Source: Microcystis aeruginosa NIES-843 (lineage in GTDB: Bacteria; Cyanobacteriota; Cyanobacteriia; Cyanobacteriales; Microcystaceae). From it: DNA of 32,000 nt. Under the pieces are notes generated by a model, which made no database searches, was not told the DNA's origin, and saw only the letters and a program-made list of their open reading frames with translations. Made by a program: the position numbers and the translations under genes. The stretch spans positions 4,860,001-4,892,000 of the forward strand of contig NC_010296.1 of the NCBI RefSeq assembly GCF_000010625.1, read 5' to 3'. The stretch's first letter is position 1, and every line of letters starts with the position of its first letter. Shown here one piece after another: positions 1-7,075 of this stretch.

Positions 1-899
1 GTGGTTCGATCGCTATTGTCTTTTTAATTGCCCTATTAATTTTGATTGTTTTAGGTTTAATTTTAATTCCCCAGATTGTCGAACAATTAAGCAGTTTAAT
101 CAATAGTTTGCCCCAGTGGATCGAGTCGGGAACCGAACAGATACAAAATTTAGAAAAGTGGGATAAAACTCAGAAATATGCGATTTATATCGAGCAATCA
201 ATCACCCAGTTATCGGAACGACTAACCAATGTTTTACAAACTCTTAGCACTCAATTACTGAGCTTTGTGCTGGGAACTATCAACAGTATCCTAAACATTC
301 TATTTGTTCTGGTTCTAACCGTCTTTCTTGTTCTCTATGGCGAACAAATTTGGGAGGGAATTTTTAGCTGGATTCCTGCTCCCTGGAATCTCAAATTAAG
401 AACGATTATTCGTCAAACTTTTGAAACCTATTTTGCCGGTCAAACCATTTTAGCGGGAATTCTCAGCCTTGCTCAAATTTTTGTTTTTGTGATTCTCAAG
501 GTTGATTATGCCCTATTATTCGGGGTGGCGATCGGTCTAACTACATTAATTCCTTTTGCCAGTGCCTTTGCCATTATTGGGATTAGTACTCTACTGATGT
601 TTCAAGATTTTTGGTTAGGGTTAAAAGTTTTGACCCTGACCATTATTGTCGGTCAAATTAATGATAATGTCATCGCCCCTCGGTTAATGGGAGGCATGAT
701 CGGACTTAATCCCGTCTGGATTATCCTATCTCTTTTTATCGGGGGTAAAGTGGCAGGAATTCTCGGTTTATTGATAGCAGTTCCCATCGCTAGTGTGCTG
801 AAAAGTACCATCGATATCATCCGCTCCCAGCAGCGGGAAAAAGAACCAGTAGTTTTCCTAGAAGAAACGGTGAAAAATTCCTCAGAGGAGGGCAAATAA
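1..899 (+). CDS. AI-2E family transporter (PerM/YdiK-like permease), 5' end cut by window edge
   Basis: The frame is open from base 3, with no stop upstream of the TTG at 42 used by the ORF track, so the gene runs off the left edge. The translation is polytopic and hydrophobic. The C-terminal block NDNVIAPRLMGGMIGLNPVWIILSLFIGGKVAGILGLLIAVPIAS is what I recognise from AI-2E/UPF0118 permeases. Confidence 0.75.
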   Translation, partial: GSIAIVFLIALLILIVLGLILIPQIVEQLSSLINSLPQWIESGTEQIQNLEKWDKTQKYAIYIEQSITQLSERLTNVLQTLSTQLLSFVLGTINSILNILFVLVLTVFLVLYGEQIWEGIFSWIPAPWNLKLRTIIRQTFETYFAGQTILAGILSLAQIFVFVILKVDYALLFGVAIGLTTLIPFASAFAIIGISTLLMFQDFWLGLKVLTLTIIVGQINDNVIAPRLMGGMIGLNPVWIILSLFIGGKVAGILGLLIAVPIASVLKSTIDIIRSQQREKEPVVFLEETVKNSSEEGK

Positions 900-916
900 T
901 AATAAATCCTGTTTTT

Positions 917-958
917 TCAGTGAACAGTGAACAGTAATCAGTAATCAGTAATCAGTGA
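917..958. repeat. Heptamer tandem array, 6 units (CAGTGAA x2, CAGTAAT x3, CAGTGAA)
   Basis: Read directly from the sequence. It starts 18 nt after the AI-2E stop codon and is followed by the 24-mer CAGTGAATTGAAAACTCACATCTG (952-975). Confidence 0.95.
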
Positions 959-1127
959 ATTGAAAACTCACATCTGGGTTCTCTTAGGTTTGGTGGGTAA
1001 AATGTATTCTAAGATACAGTCTTGCTGGCGAGGGAGTGGAAGGAACCACTCCAGACACAGAGGACACAAAGATTGATCGCTTCTATAGTAAGTTAAACTG
1101 ATCACACAAAGAATAAGAGAGCCACAT

Positions 1128-1158
1128 CTGATAACTGATAACTGATAACTGATAACTG
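1128..1158. repeat. Heptamer tandem array CTGATAA x4.4
   Basis: Read directly from the sequence. It abuts the stop codon (1159-1161, minus strand) of the RNase H gene with no gap. Confidence 0.95.
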
Positions 1159-1998
1159 TTATGAGCGGCTAATTTCTTCGAGAATAGCCATCGCTTCTGT
1201 CACCCTATCCCTAGGGATAAATAAATGATCGTGATAATAACCAGAAATGACATTGACGCTAATTGCTGCTTCGGCCAGTTTCTCGCTAATTACCGCTAAA
1301 AATCCCACCGCCGCTAAACTAGAATGCACAGAAAGAGTAATTTGTCTATAAATATATTTGTACTGTAAATTCTTGCGATCGGCTTGCTGACGGGGAATAA
1401 TCACCGTTATGCCTTCCTCTTCCTGAAATTGGCAGATAGGAGTTAATTGTAGCTGTTCTAGTCCTGTTGCTGTTAGGGAAGAAAAAACGAATTCTTCGGG
1501 ATTTAGGACTGGTTTCAGGGATTGGAGCAGAATATCGAGATTAGTTTCGCCTTCCTTTGGTTTTTCTGGCGATTTTTTCGCCGCATCCATACAATGATTG
1601 GCAGCAGCGTCAGCCAAACTATTTTTAGATCGTTCAATCCAGCGCCAGCTAATGCGATCGAATCGGGCAACTAATTGACAAGCACGCTGATAAAAGGGAC
1701 GTAAACTATCGCTTTTTACCTTCCAGTCTCCCTTAACTTGATTGATGACTAATTGACTGTCTCCGCGAATTTCTAGGCTTTTTAAGCCTAATTCTTGGGC
1801 TTTTTCCAATCCAATAATCAATCCCGTGTATTCGGCCTCGTTATTAGTGGCTCTCTCCATATATCTAGTCGTGGTCAAGGAATTACCCTCGGCTAAAACT
1901 ATTACCGCTGCACCGGCTGCTCTCCCCGGATTGCCGCGAGAACCACCATCAAAATAGAGAATTGCTGAATTATCGGTTTTTTGAGCTTTTTTATGCAT
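1159..1998 (-). CDS. RNase HI-type ribonuclease H fused to a C-terminal ACT-like (COG3602/DUF2241-type) domain
   Basis: The N-terminal half carries the RNase HI DEDD pattern: YFDGGSRGNPG, NNEAEY, RGDSQLV, NSLADAAAN. The C-terminal ~125 aa (DILLQSLKPVLNPEEFVFSSL ... ITLSVHSSLAAVGFLAVISEKLAEAAISVNVISGYYHDHLFIP) matches my recollection of the stand-alone ACT-domain family COG3602. The ORF track starts at TTG 2010. The first ATG is at 1998, which I prefer. Confidence 0.8.
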   Translation of the reverse strand: MHKKAQKTDNSAILYFDGGSRGNPGRAAGAAVIVLAEGNSLTTTRYMERATNNEAEYTGLIIGLEKAQELGLKSLEIRGDSQLVINQVKGDWKVKSDSLRPFYQRACQLVARFDRISWRWIERSKNSLADAAANHCMDAAKKSPEKPKEGETNLDILLQSLKPVLNPEEFVFSSLTATGLEQLQLTPICQFQEEEGITVIIPRQQADRKNLQYKYIYRQITLSVHSSLAAVGFLAVISEKLAEAAISVNVISGYYHDHLFIPRDRVTEAMAILEEISRS

Positions 1999-2229
1999 AA
2001 TTTTCGTCAATAAATCTTGTTATCTCCATTTTTATCTCTTTGACAATTCTAGGCGGTAGCGATTCTGGGATCGGCAAAGCGGACAAGGCAACAATAGCAA
2101 GATTTTAGCCGATCGCCGCTACCGGATAACTTTTTTTCTGCAAGTTATTGATAATAATTTGCAGTTGTTGGTTATACTGAGAACATCAGCCTAGAGTTAT
2201 ATTGCTAATAGTTCTCAATTAAAAGCCCC

Positions 2230-2448
2230 ATGAGTATAGACAAATGGCCATCGAAAGGTGAGAAAATCTTCAATCTTAGTGCTTGGGAGCGCTGGCAGCT
2301 CTACCACCGGCTGCAGGCCCTGGACATTGAAGATAAATGCTCGCTCCATCAGCTTTTGCCGGTTCGCATCGATAGCCCCGCTCAACTTTTACAGCTGTGG
2401 ATTGTCCTGCGACAGGTAGAGGCTTCCCGAGGCTGTTTAATCCGTTGA
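2230..2448 (+). CDS. Small conserved cyanobacterial protein, probably Asr1405/Asl0597 family
   Basis: 72-aa ORF with an ATG start. The segment WERWQLYHRLQALDI...QLLQLWIVLRQ resembles the RWQVYHRLQEL...QLWSV pattern I recall for that family. The assignment is from memory only. Confidence 0.5.
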   Translation: MSIDKWPSKGEKIFNLSAWERWQLYHRLQALDIEDKCSLHQLLPVRIDSPAQLLQLWIVLRQVEASRGCLIR

Positions 2449-2516
2449 CTGGAAACCTGTTGGCAGGCATAATCCTTGAGAAAAATTAGCAATCTGAGAG
2501 TAAAAAGTGAGAAAGT

Positions 2517-3092
2517 ATGTCAAAATCTACAACTACCATGGTTCCCTTTCAAGCGGTCGGTCAATTCCTCGGTTTTGTCCTCAAGGACGGATATAAGGTA
2601 AAATACCTGAGAATTAGTGTTGATAAACGAGAATATTGGTTTAAGCCCGAAAAAACACTGCGAGACCACATACCTCTCAATATTGCTCTCCACTCATGGC
2701 TAAAAGTGACGGGAGAAAGTAGTCTTTGTTCAAAAAAGGGAAAATTAAAACTGAGGGTACTAGGGATTGAGCATTTATCTGGCGAAAAAACCCCAGAAGT
2801 CGCCCCGGCAAAAGCTAAAAAAGCCACCGTCTTAATCTGTCAGAAGTCCGATTGTTGGAAAAATGGCGGTGCGAGAGTCTGCCAAAGGTTAGAGAGTGGT
2901 TTAGAGGAAAAAGGACTGGGAGAAGCGGTGAATATTAAATTAACTGGCTGTTTAAAACAGTGCAAAAAAGGGCCGAATCTGGTGGTTATGCCCGATAAAA
3001 AGCATTATAATCAGGTAGCTCCCCAAGATGTCCCCTCCCTGATCGAGCGGCATTTTGCCACTTCTGAGCAAGAGAATACTGTATCAGTTTAA
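2517..3092 (+). CDS. (2Fe-2S) thioredoxin-like ferredoxin domain protein with an uncharacterised N-terminal domain
   Basis: The C-terminal ~85 aa (VLICQKSDCWKNGGARVCQRLE...LTGCLKQCKKGPNLVVMPDKKHYNQVAPQDVPSLIERHF) show the four-Cys pattern and the GPN..V.P motif of thioredoxin-like [2Fe-2S] ferredoxins. Confidence 0.75.
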   Translation: MSKSTTTMVPFQAVGQFLGFVLKDGYKVKYLRISVDKREYWFKPEKTLRDHIPLNIALHSWLKVTGESSLCSKKGKLKLRVLGIEHLSGEKTPEVAPAKAKKATVLICQKSDCWKNGGARVCQRLESGLEEKGLGEAVNIKLTGCLKQCKKGPNLVVMPDKKHYNQVAPQDVPSLIERHFATSEQENTVSV

Positions 3093-3213
3093 CCGGAAAT
3101 TTAATCGGCGATCGCTCTTGACAAATGCTCTTTTTTGTGCATCAAAGGGACGAAGTGCCTGAAATTGTAATCAATTAGGGGATAGAAAAGTCAATTCTTG
3201 CCACCGATAATTT

Positions 3214-4068
3214 ATGACTGGTACCACTGCAACCTTGTTAATTTCTTGTCCCGACCAGATTGGTCTGGTGGCGAAAATCGCTAATTTTATCTACGCTAAT
3301 GGCGGCAATATTATCCACGCCGACCAACACACGGATTTTTCGGCGGGATTGTTCCTGATGCGGATAGAATGGCAATTAGAAGGGTTTAATTTACCCCGTG
3401 GGATGATCGAACCAGCTTTCGCCGCTATTGCCAAACCTTTGCAGGCTAGTTGGTCCTTACATTTTTCCGATACTGTCCCGCGTCTAGCTATTTGGGTGAC
3501 AAAACAGGATCATTGTCTCCTCGATTTATTATGGCGACAACACGGGGGAGAAATTAGGGCAGAAATTCCTTTAATTATTAGCAATCATCCAGAATTACAC
3601 TCAGTTGCCAATCAATTCGGTATTGAGTTTCATCATATTCCCATTACCGCCGAAACCAAGATTGAACAGGAAGCCAGACAATTAGAGTTACTGCGGGAAT
3701 ACCGGATAGATTTAGTGATTTTAGCTAAATATATGCAGGTTCTCACTCCAGATTTTATTAACTTTTTCCCCAATATTATCAATATTCATCATTCTTTTTT
3801 ACCGGCTTTTGCCGGAGCTAATCCCTATCAACGGGCTTACGATCGAGGGGTAAAAATTATTGGAGCCACCGCCCATTATATCACTGCCGATCTCGATCAG
3901 GGGCCAATTATCGAGCAGGATGTGGTCAGAGTTAGCCATCGCGATACCGTAGGAGATTTAATTCGTCAAGGTAAGGATTTAGAAAGGGTGGTGTTAGCGC
4001 GAGCGGTACGTTTACACTTGCAAAATCGCGTTTTGGTTTACGCTAATCGCACGGTAGTGTTCGCTTAA
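3214..4068 (+). CDS. purU: Formyltetrahydrofolate deformylase
   Basis: 284 aa. N-terminal ACT segment (LLISCPDQIGLVAKIANFIY) followed by a formyltransferase core (LAKYMQVLTPDFI...IINIHHSFLPAFAGANPYQRAYDRGVKIIGATAHYITADLDQGPII). Confidence 0.9.
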   Translation: MTGTTATLLISCPDQIGLVAKIANFIYANGGNIIHADQHTDFSAGLFLMRIEWQLEGFNLPRGMIEPAFAAIAKPLQASWSLHFSDTVPRLAIWVTKQDHCLLDLLWRQHGGEIRAEIPLIISNHPELHSVANQFGIEFHHIPITAETKIEQEARQLELLREYRIDLVILAKYMQVLTPDFINFFPNIINIHHSFLPAFAGANPYQRAYDRGVKIIGATAHYITADLDQGPIIEQDVVRVSHRDTVGDLIRQGKDLERVVLARAVRLHLQNRVLVYANRTVVFA

Positions 4069-4181
4069 AATGGGATAAGATGTACTTGACAAAAAAGAGA
4101 GCATTGAAGCTTAAAAATTAGGAAGTATCGGCGCGATTGACTAAAATAGCAATAGACCAGATCAGAAGGAAAAAATTATCT

Positions 4182-4811
4182 ATGGCAACCACATCCGAAG
4201 ACGTATGGCGACTCTTAGCCGAATTAACTGCCGCTCAAAAAGAAACTGACAAACAACTCAAGGAAGTCAGTCAACAACAGAAGGAGACTGAACTACTATT
4301 GAAGGAAGTTAGTCAACAACAGAAGGAAAACGCCCAACAACAGAAGAAAACTGACAAACAACTCAAAGAACTGGGCAAACAAATTGGGGGACTTGGTGCC
4401 AAATTCGGCAGCTTTACCGAAGGACTTGCCCTTCCCTCAATGGAAACGATTCTCAGACAACGCTTTGGTATGGAAGTTATCAGTCCCAGTGTGCGAGTCA
4501 GTAAAGAAGGACAACACCTAGAAATTGATGTTCTTGCCTATACCAATGGTGAGCTAAATATTGCCTATATCGTTGAGGTTAAAAGTCATGTTAGACAGGA
4601 AGATATTACTCAATTAAAAAGTATTTTGCAACGGTTTCGCCGCTTTTTTCCTGAACACAAAGATAAAAAACTCTATGGCATATTAGCGGCGGTTGATTTA
4701 TCCCCGGAATTACGGGAAAAAATTTTGCAAGAAGGGCTTTATGTGGCTCGGATTCATGACCAAGTATTTGAATTAGATATTCCCGATAATTTTCAACCTC
4801 AAACCTATTAA
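4182..4811 (+). CDS. Coiled-coil / PD-(D/E)xK nuclease-like protein, paralog A (209 aa)
   Basis: The ORF track starts at TTG 4137. Paralog B starts MATTSEDVW, and the same ATG with a homologous leader is present here at 4182. The N-terminal ~85 aa is a K/E/Q-rich heptad-like repeat (LKEVSQQQKE x2). The C-terminal part has the restriction-endonuclease-like pattern HLEIDVLAY ... AYIVEVKSH (D...ExK). It possibly belongs to the family annotated DUF3782 in cyanobacteria, but that is from memory. Confidence 0.7.
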   Translation: MATTSEDVWRLLAELTAAQKETDKQLKEVSQQQKETELLLKEVSQQQKENAQQQKKTDKQLKELGKQIGGLGAKFGSFTEGLALPSMETILRQRFGMEVISPSVRVSKEGQHLEIDVLAYTNGELNIAYIVEVKSHVRQEDITQLKSILQRFRRFFPEHKDKKLYGILAAVDLSPELREKILQEGLYVARIHDQVFELDIPDNFQPQTY

Positions 4812-4924
4812 AAATTTCGATGTGATCGCTATATCTTCCCCAAAGGCAGAAACACTCTCTTCTTCATGAATCGGCAAAATTTAGTAAAATAGTAATAGAC
4901 CAAATCAGAGAGAAAAAATCATCT

Positions 4925-5575
4925 ATGGCAACTACATCCGAAGACGTATGGCGACTCTTAGCCGAATTAACTGCCGCTCAAAAAGAAACTGACCGACAAC
5001 TCAAGGAAACTGACCGACAACTTAAGGAAGTTAGTCAACAACAGAAGGAGACTGACCTACTATTGAAGGAAGTTAGTCAGCAACAGAAGGAAAACGCGCA
5101 ACAACAGAAGAAAACTGACAAACAACTCAAAGAATTAGGACAGCAAATTGGGGGACTCGGTGCCAAATTCGGCAGCTTTACCGAAGGACTTGCCCTTCCC
5201 TCAATGGAAACGATTCTCAGACAACGCTTTGGTATGGAAGTTATCAGTCCCAGTGTGCGAGTCAGTAAAGAAGGACAACACCTAGAAATTGATGTTCTTG
5301 CCTATACCAATGGTGAGCTAAATATTGCCTATATCGTCGAGGTTAAAAGTCATGCCAGAGAGGAGTCTATTACACAATTAAAAAGTATTTTGCAACGGTT
5401 TCGCCGCTTTTTTCCTGAACACAAAGATAAAAAACTCTATGGCATATTAGCGGCGGTTCATGTATCCCCGGAATTACGGGAAAAAATTCTGCAAGAAGGG
5501 TTTTATGTGGCTCGGATTCATGACCAAGTATTTGAATTAGATATTCCCGATAATTTTCAACCTCAAACCTATTAA
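4925..5575 (+). CDS. Coiled-coil / PD-(D/E)xK nuclease-like protein, paralog B (216 aa)
   Basis: Same architecture as paralog A. It has one extra heptad (KETDRQL), and I counted 5 substitutions by eye in the nuclease-like half. Confidence 0.75.
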   Translation: MATTSEDVWRLLAELTAAQKETDRQLKETDRQLKEVSQQQKETDLLLKEVSQQQKENAQQQKKTDKQLKELGQQIGGLGAKFGSFTEGLALPSMETILRQRFGMEVISPSVRVSKEGQHLEIDVLAYTNGELNIAYIVEVKSHAREESITQLKSILQRFRRFFPEHKDKKLYGILAAVHVSPELREKILQEGFYVARIHDQVFELDIPDNFQPQTY

Positions 5576-5611
5576 ATAACCCTGCCCTAGGAAAAACTTT
5601 TTCAGTAAGCT

Positions 5612-6868
5612 TTATTGTAATTGTCCGCGCAGAGCATAACGATCTTTTTCTAAGCCGAAAGCGAAGAGAAAAGAATGGCATATAGTGGGGTTAGAGAGAG
5701 TAAAAAAGAGAAAGAGAGCGATAACAGCTAATCCTGACGATAAACTAAACATAGTTTCGTAGGAAATTGCTAAAACCCCCAGAATTGGACCGGCTAAGGC
5801 TGTTCCCACATCAAAACCGCCGATACAGATAGAATAGGCCCGGCCGCGTTCTTGGGGCCCAGAGCGATCGGAGATTAAAGCCAGTAACATAGGGAATAAA
5901 ATCCCCCCTCCCGTACCTTCGAGGATAGCGGCTAAAATTAAAGCGGAGGAAGATCGGGCAGAAGATAGAACCAACATGGATAAACCATAGCAAAAAACGC
6001 TAATAGTGATGAATAAACCCCGTCCATAGCGATCACTGGCTCCTCCCGACAAAATCCGTCCGATTACCCCCGATACTGCCGCACAACTGTAGAATAGACC
6101 GGCACTGAAAGGGAGCTGATTTTCGAGGAGAAACAGGGGTAAAAAAGCGACTAAACCGCCGAATAAAGTGCCAACCAGCAGAAAAACTAAGGTGGGGACT
6201 AAAAAAGCTCGCTCTTGACATAATGCCCAAAAACTGCGCTCAATTGTCTGATTTTCTGCCTTCATTTCGGCTAATTTTTTCTTGAAGTCCGGTTCTTGAA
6301 TGGAGAAACCAAAGAGAAAGGCGATCGCTCCTGAAGCGGCGGAAACTAGAAATAAACCGTTATAACCGATCGATTGGTAGAGATAACTGCCTAAAGCTGG
6401 ACCGATTCCCATGCCTAGGGGTGCAGTTAAGCTCATATAACCAATTATCTCTCCCCGTTGACGAACGGGGGAAAAATCCACCACTAGGGTACTGTAACCG
6501 GTGGTAAAAGCGGCGATACTGAGACCATGGTAGGCGCGGACGGCGAATAAAGAGGAAAGATCGCGAAAAAATAGATAACCGAGGGGTGCGGTAGCGGCGA
6601 CAATAGTTCCAAATAAAACCACTAATTTGCGACTGCGGCGATCAACTAGATTGCCTAACCAACTGCGCGATAAAATTAAACCGATAGCAAAGGCCCCCAT
6701 GACAAAACCGATATCTTGTTTGCTACCGCCTAGGGAGTCAATATAGGTGGGGAGAGTGGGGAGGAGAGTGGTAATACTTATCCAGAAAAACAGCGCCGTG
6801 ACGAAGAGGAAGAGTAGTTGACTACGAGTCTCGGCAGTAAGCGATCGAAAAGTTTTGAAAGCGTTCAC
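5612..6868 (-). CDS. MFS transporter
   Basis: About 12 predicted TM segments and MFS-type loop motifs (GNLVDRRSRK, SDRYGRG). The track start, TTG at 6892, uses the last two T residues of the U-run that ends the SRP RNA gene. I prefer the in-frame GTG at 6868, which gives MNAFKTFRSL. The start is uncertain. Confidence 0.8.
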   Translation of the reverse strand: MNAFKTFRSLTAETRSQLLFLFVTALFFWISITTLLPTLPTYIDSLGGSKQDIGFVMGAFAIGLILSRSWLGNLVDRRSRKLVVLFGTIVAATAPLGYLFFRDLSSLFAVRAYHGLSIAAFTTGYSTLVVDFSPVRQRGEIIGYMSLTAPLGMGIGPALGSYLYQSIGYNGLFLVSAASGAIAFLFGFSIQEPDFKKKLAEMKAENQTIERSFWALCQERAFLVPTLVFLLVGTLFGGLVAFLPLFLLENQLPFSAGLFYSCAAVSGVIGRILSGGASDRYGRGLFITISVFCYGLSMLVLSSARSSSALILAAILEGTGGGILFPMLLALISDRSGPQERGRAYSICIGGFDVGTALAGPILGVLAISYETMFSLSSGLAVIALFLFFTLSNPTICHSFLFAFGLEKDRYALRGQLQ

Positions 6869-6895
6869 AACAGCGACCGTCACAGGCAACAAAAA

Positions 6896-6989
6896 GACCC
6901 GGAGATCACGCCAGTCACAAGCATCCTGTATTGCTGCTACCTTCCGGTCCTGACAAGGTTAAGGCGTTGCGATCGCATGAGTCCGAGTC
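6896..6989 (-). ncRNA. ffs: Signal recognition particle RNA (small bacterial 4.5S-type)
   Basis: The minus strand reads GACUCGGACUCAUGCGAUCGCAACGCCUUAACCUUGUCAGGACCGGAAGGUAGCAGCAAUACAGGAUGCUUGUGACUGGCGUGAUCUCCGGGUC, followed by UUUUU. The core GUCAGGACCGGAAGGUAGCAGC matches the E. coli 4.5S domain IV sequence GUCAGGUCCGGAAGGAAGCAGC, with a GGAA tetraloop and the CAGG/AGCA symmetric loop. The 5' GACUCGGA pairs with the 3' UCCGGGUC to close a 94-nt hairpin. Confidence 0.85.
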
Positions 6990-6995
6990 TTTTTT

Positions 6996-7001
6996 ATCAT
7001 A
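6996..7001 (-). promoter_or_regulatory. Putative -10 box (TATGAT) for ffs
   Basis: TATGAT on the minus strand. Six A residues separate it from the first base (G, 6989) of the proposed SRP RNA helix. I found no good -35. Confidence 0.4.
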
Positions 7002-7075
7002 ACATCTTTTTCGGGGATACGGGCATTTTTTTCCGGAGAATCTCCTCTCAATCTAGACTGTGAACAGAAATTTCC

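Larger units (their letters stand above)
4126..5575 (+). repeat. Tandem gene duplication (two units of about 740 bp: 4126-4811 and 4869-5575)
   Basis: The leader, start codon and CDS are homologous in both units. Long stretches are identical, for example the run from ggtgccaaattcggcagctttacc through the EIDVLAYTNGELNIAYIV-coding region. Confidence 0.9.

Noticed and set aside
1033-1052. Hairpin GGAGTGG-AAGGAA-CCACTCC containing GGAAGGAAC, reminiscent of the glutamine (glnA) riboswitch
   Set aside because: It lacks the other conserved glnA-RNA segments (CGUUCA..., ACGGAAGUAGG). It lies between convergent gene ends, so there is no downstream gene to regulate. No U-tract is present for a terminator either.
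2276-2470. 64-aa minus-strand ORF, plus the other short nested or antisense ORFs in the track (653-895, 2561-2827, 5370-5681, 5811-6230, 7944-8204, 12964-13818, 14683-15066, 15487-15789, 17854-18429, 20177-20479, 21096-21290, 22268-22489, 25542-25811, 26342-26554)
   Set aside because: Each lies within or antisense to a longer ORF that has clear family motifs. None shows recognisable motifs of its own.
6818-7063. 81-aa + strand ORF between the MFS and DUF58 genes
   Set aside because: The region is better explained by the SRP RNA gene on the opposite strand. The ORF has odd composition and no homologous-looking motifs.
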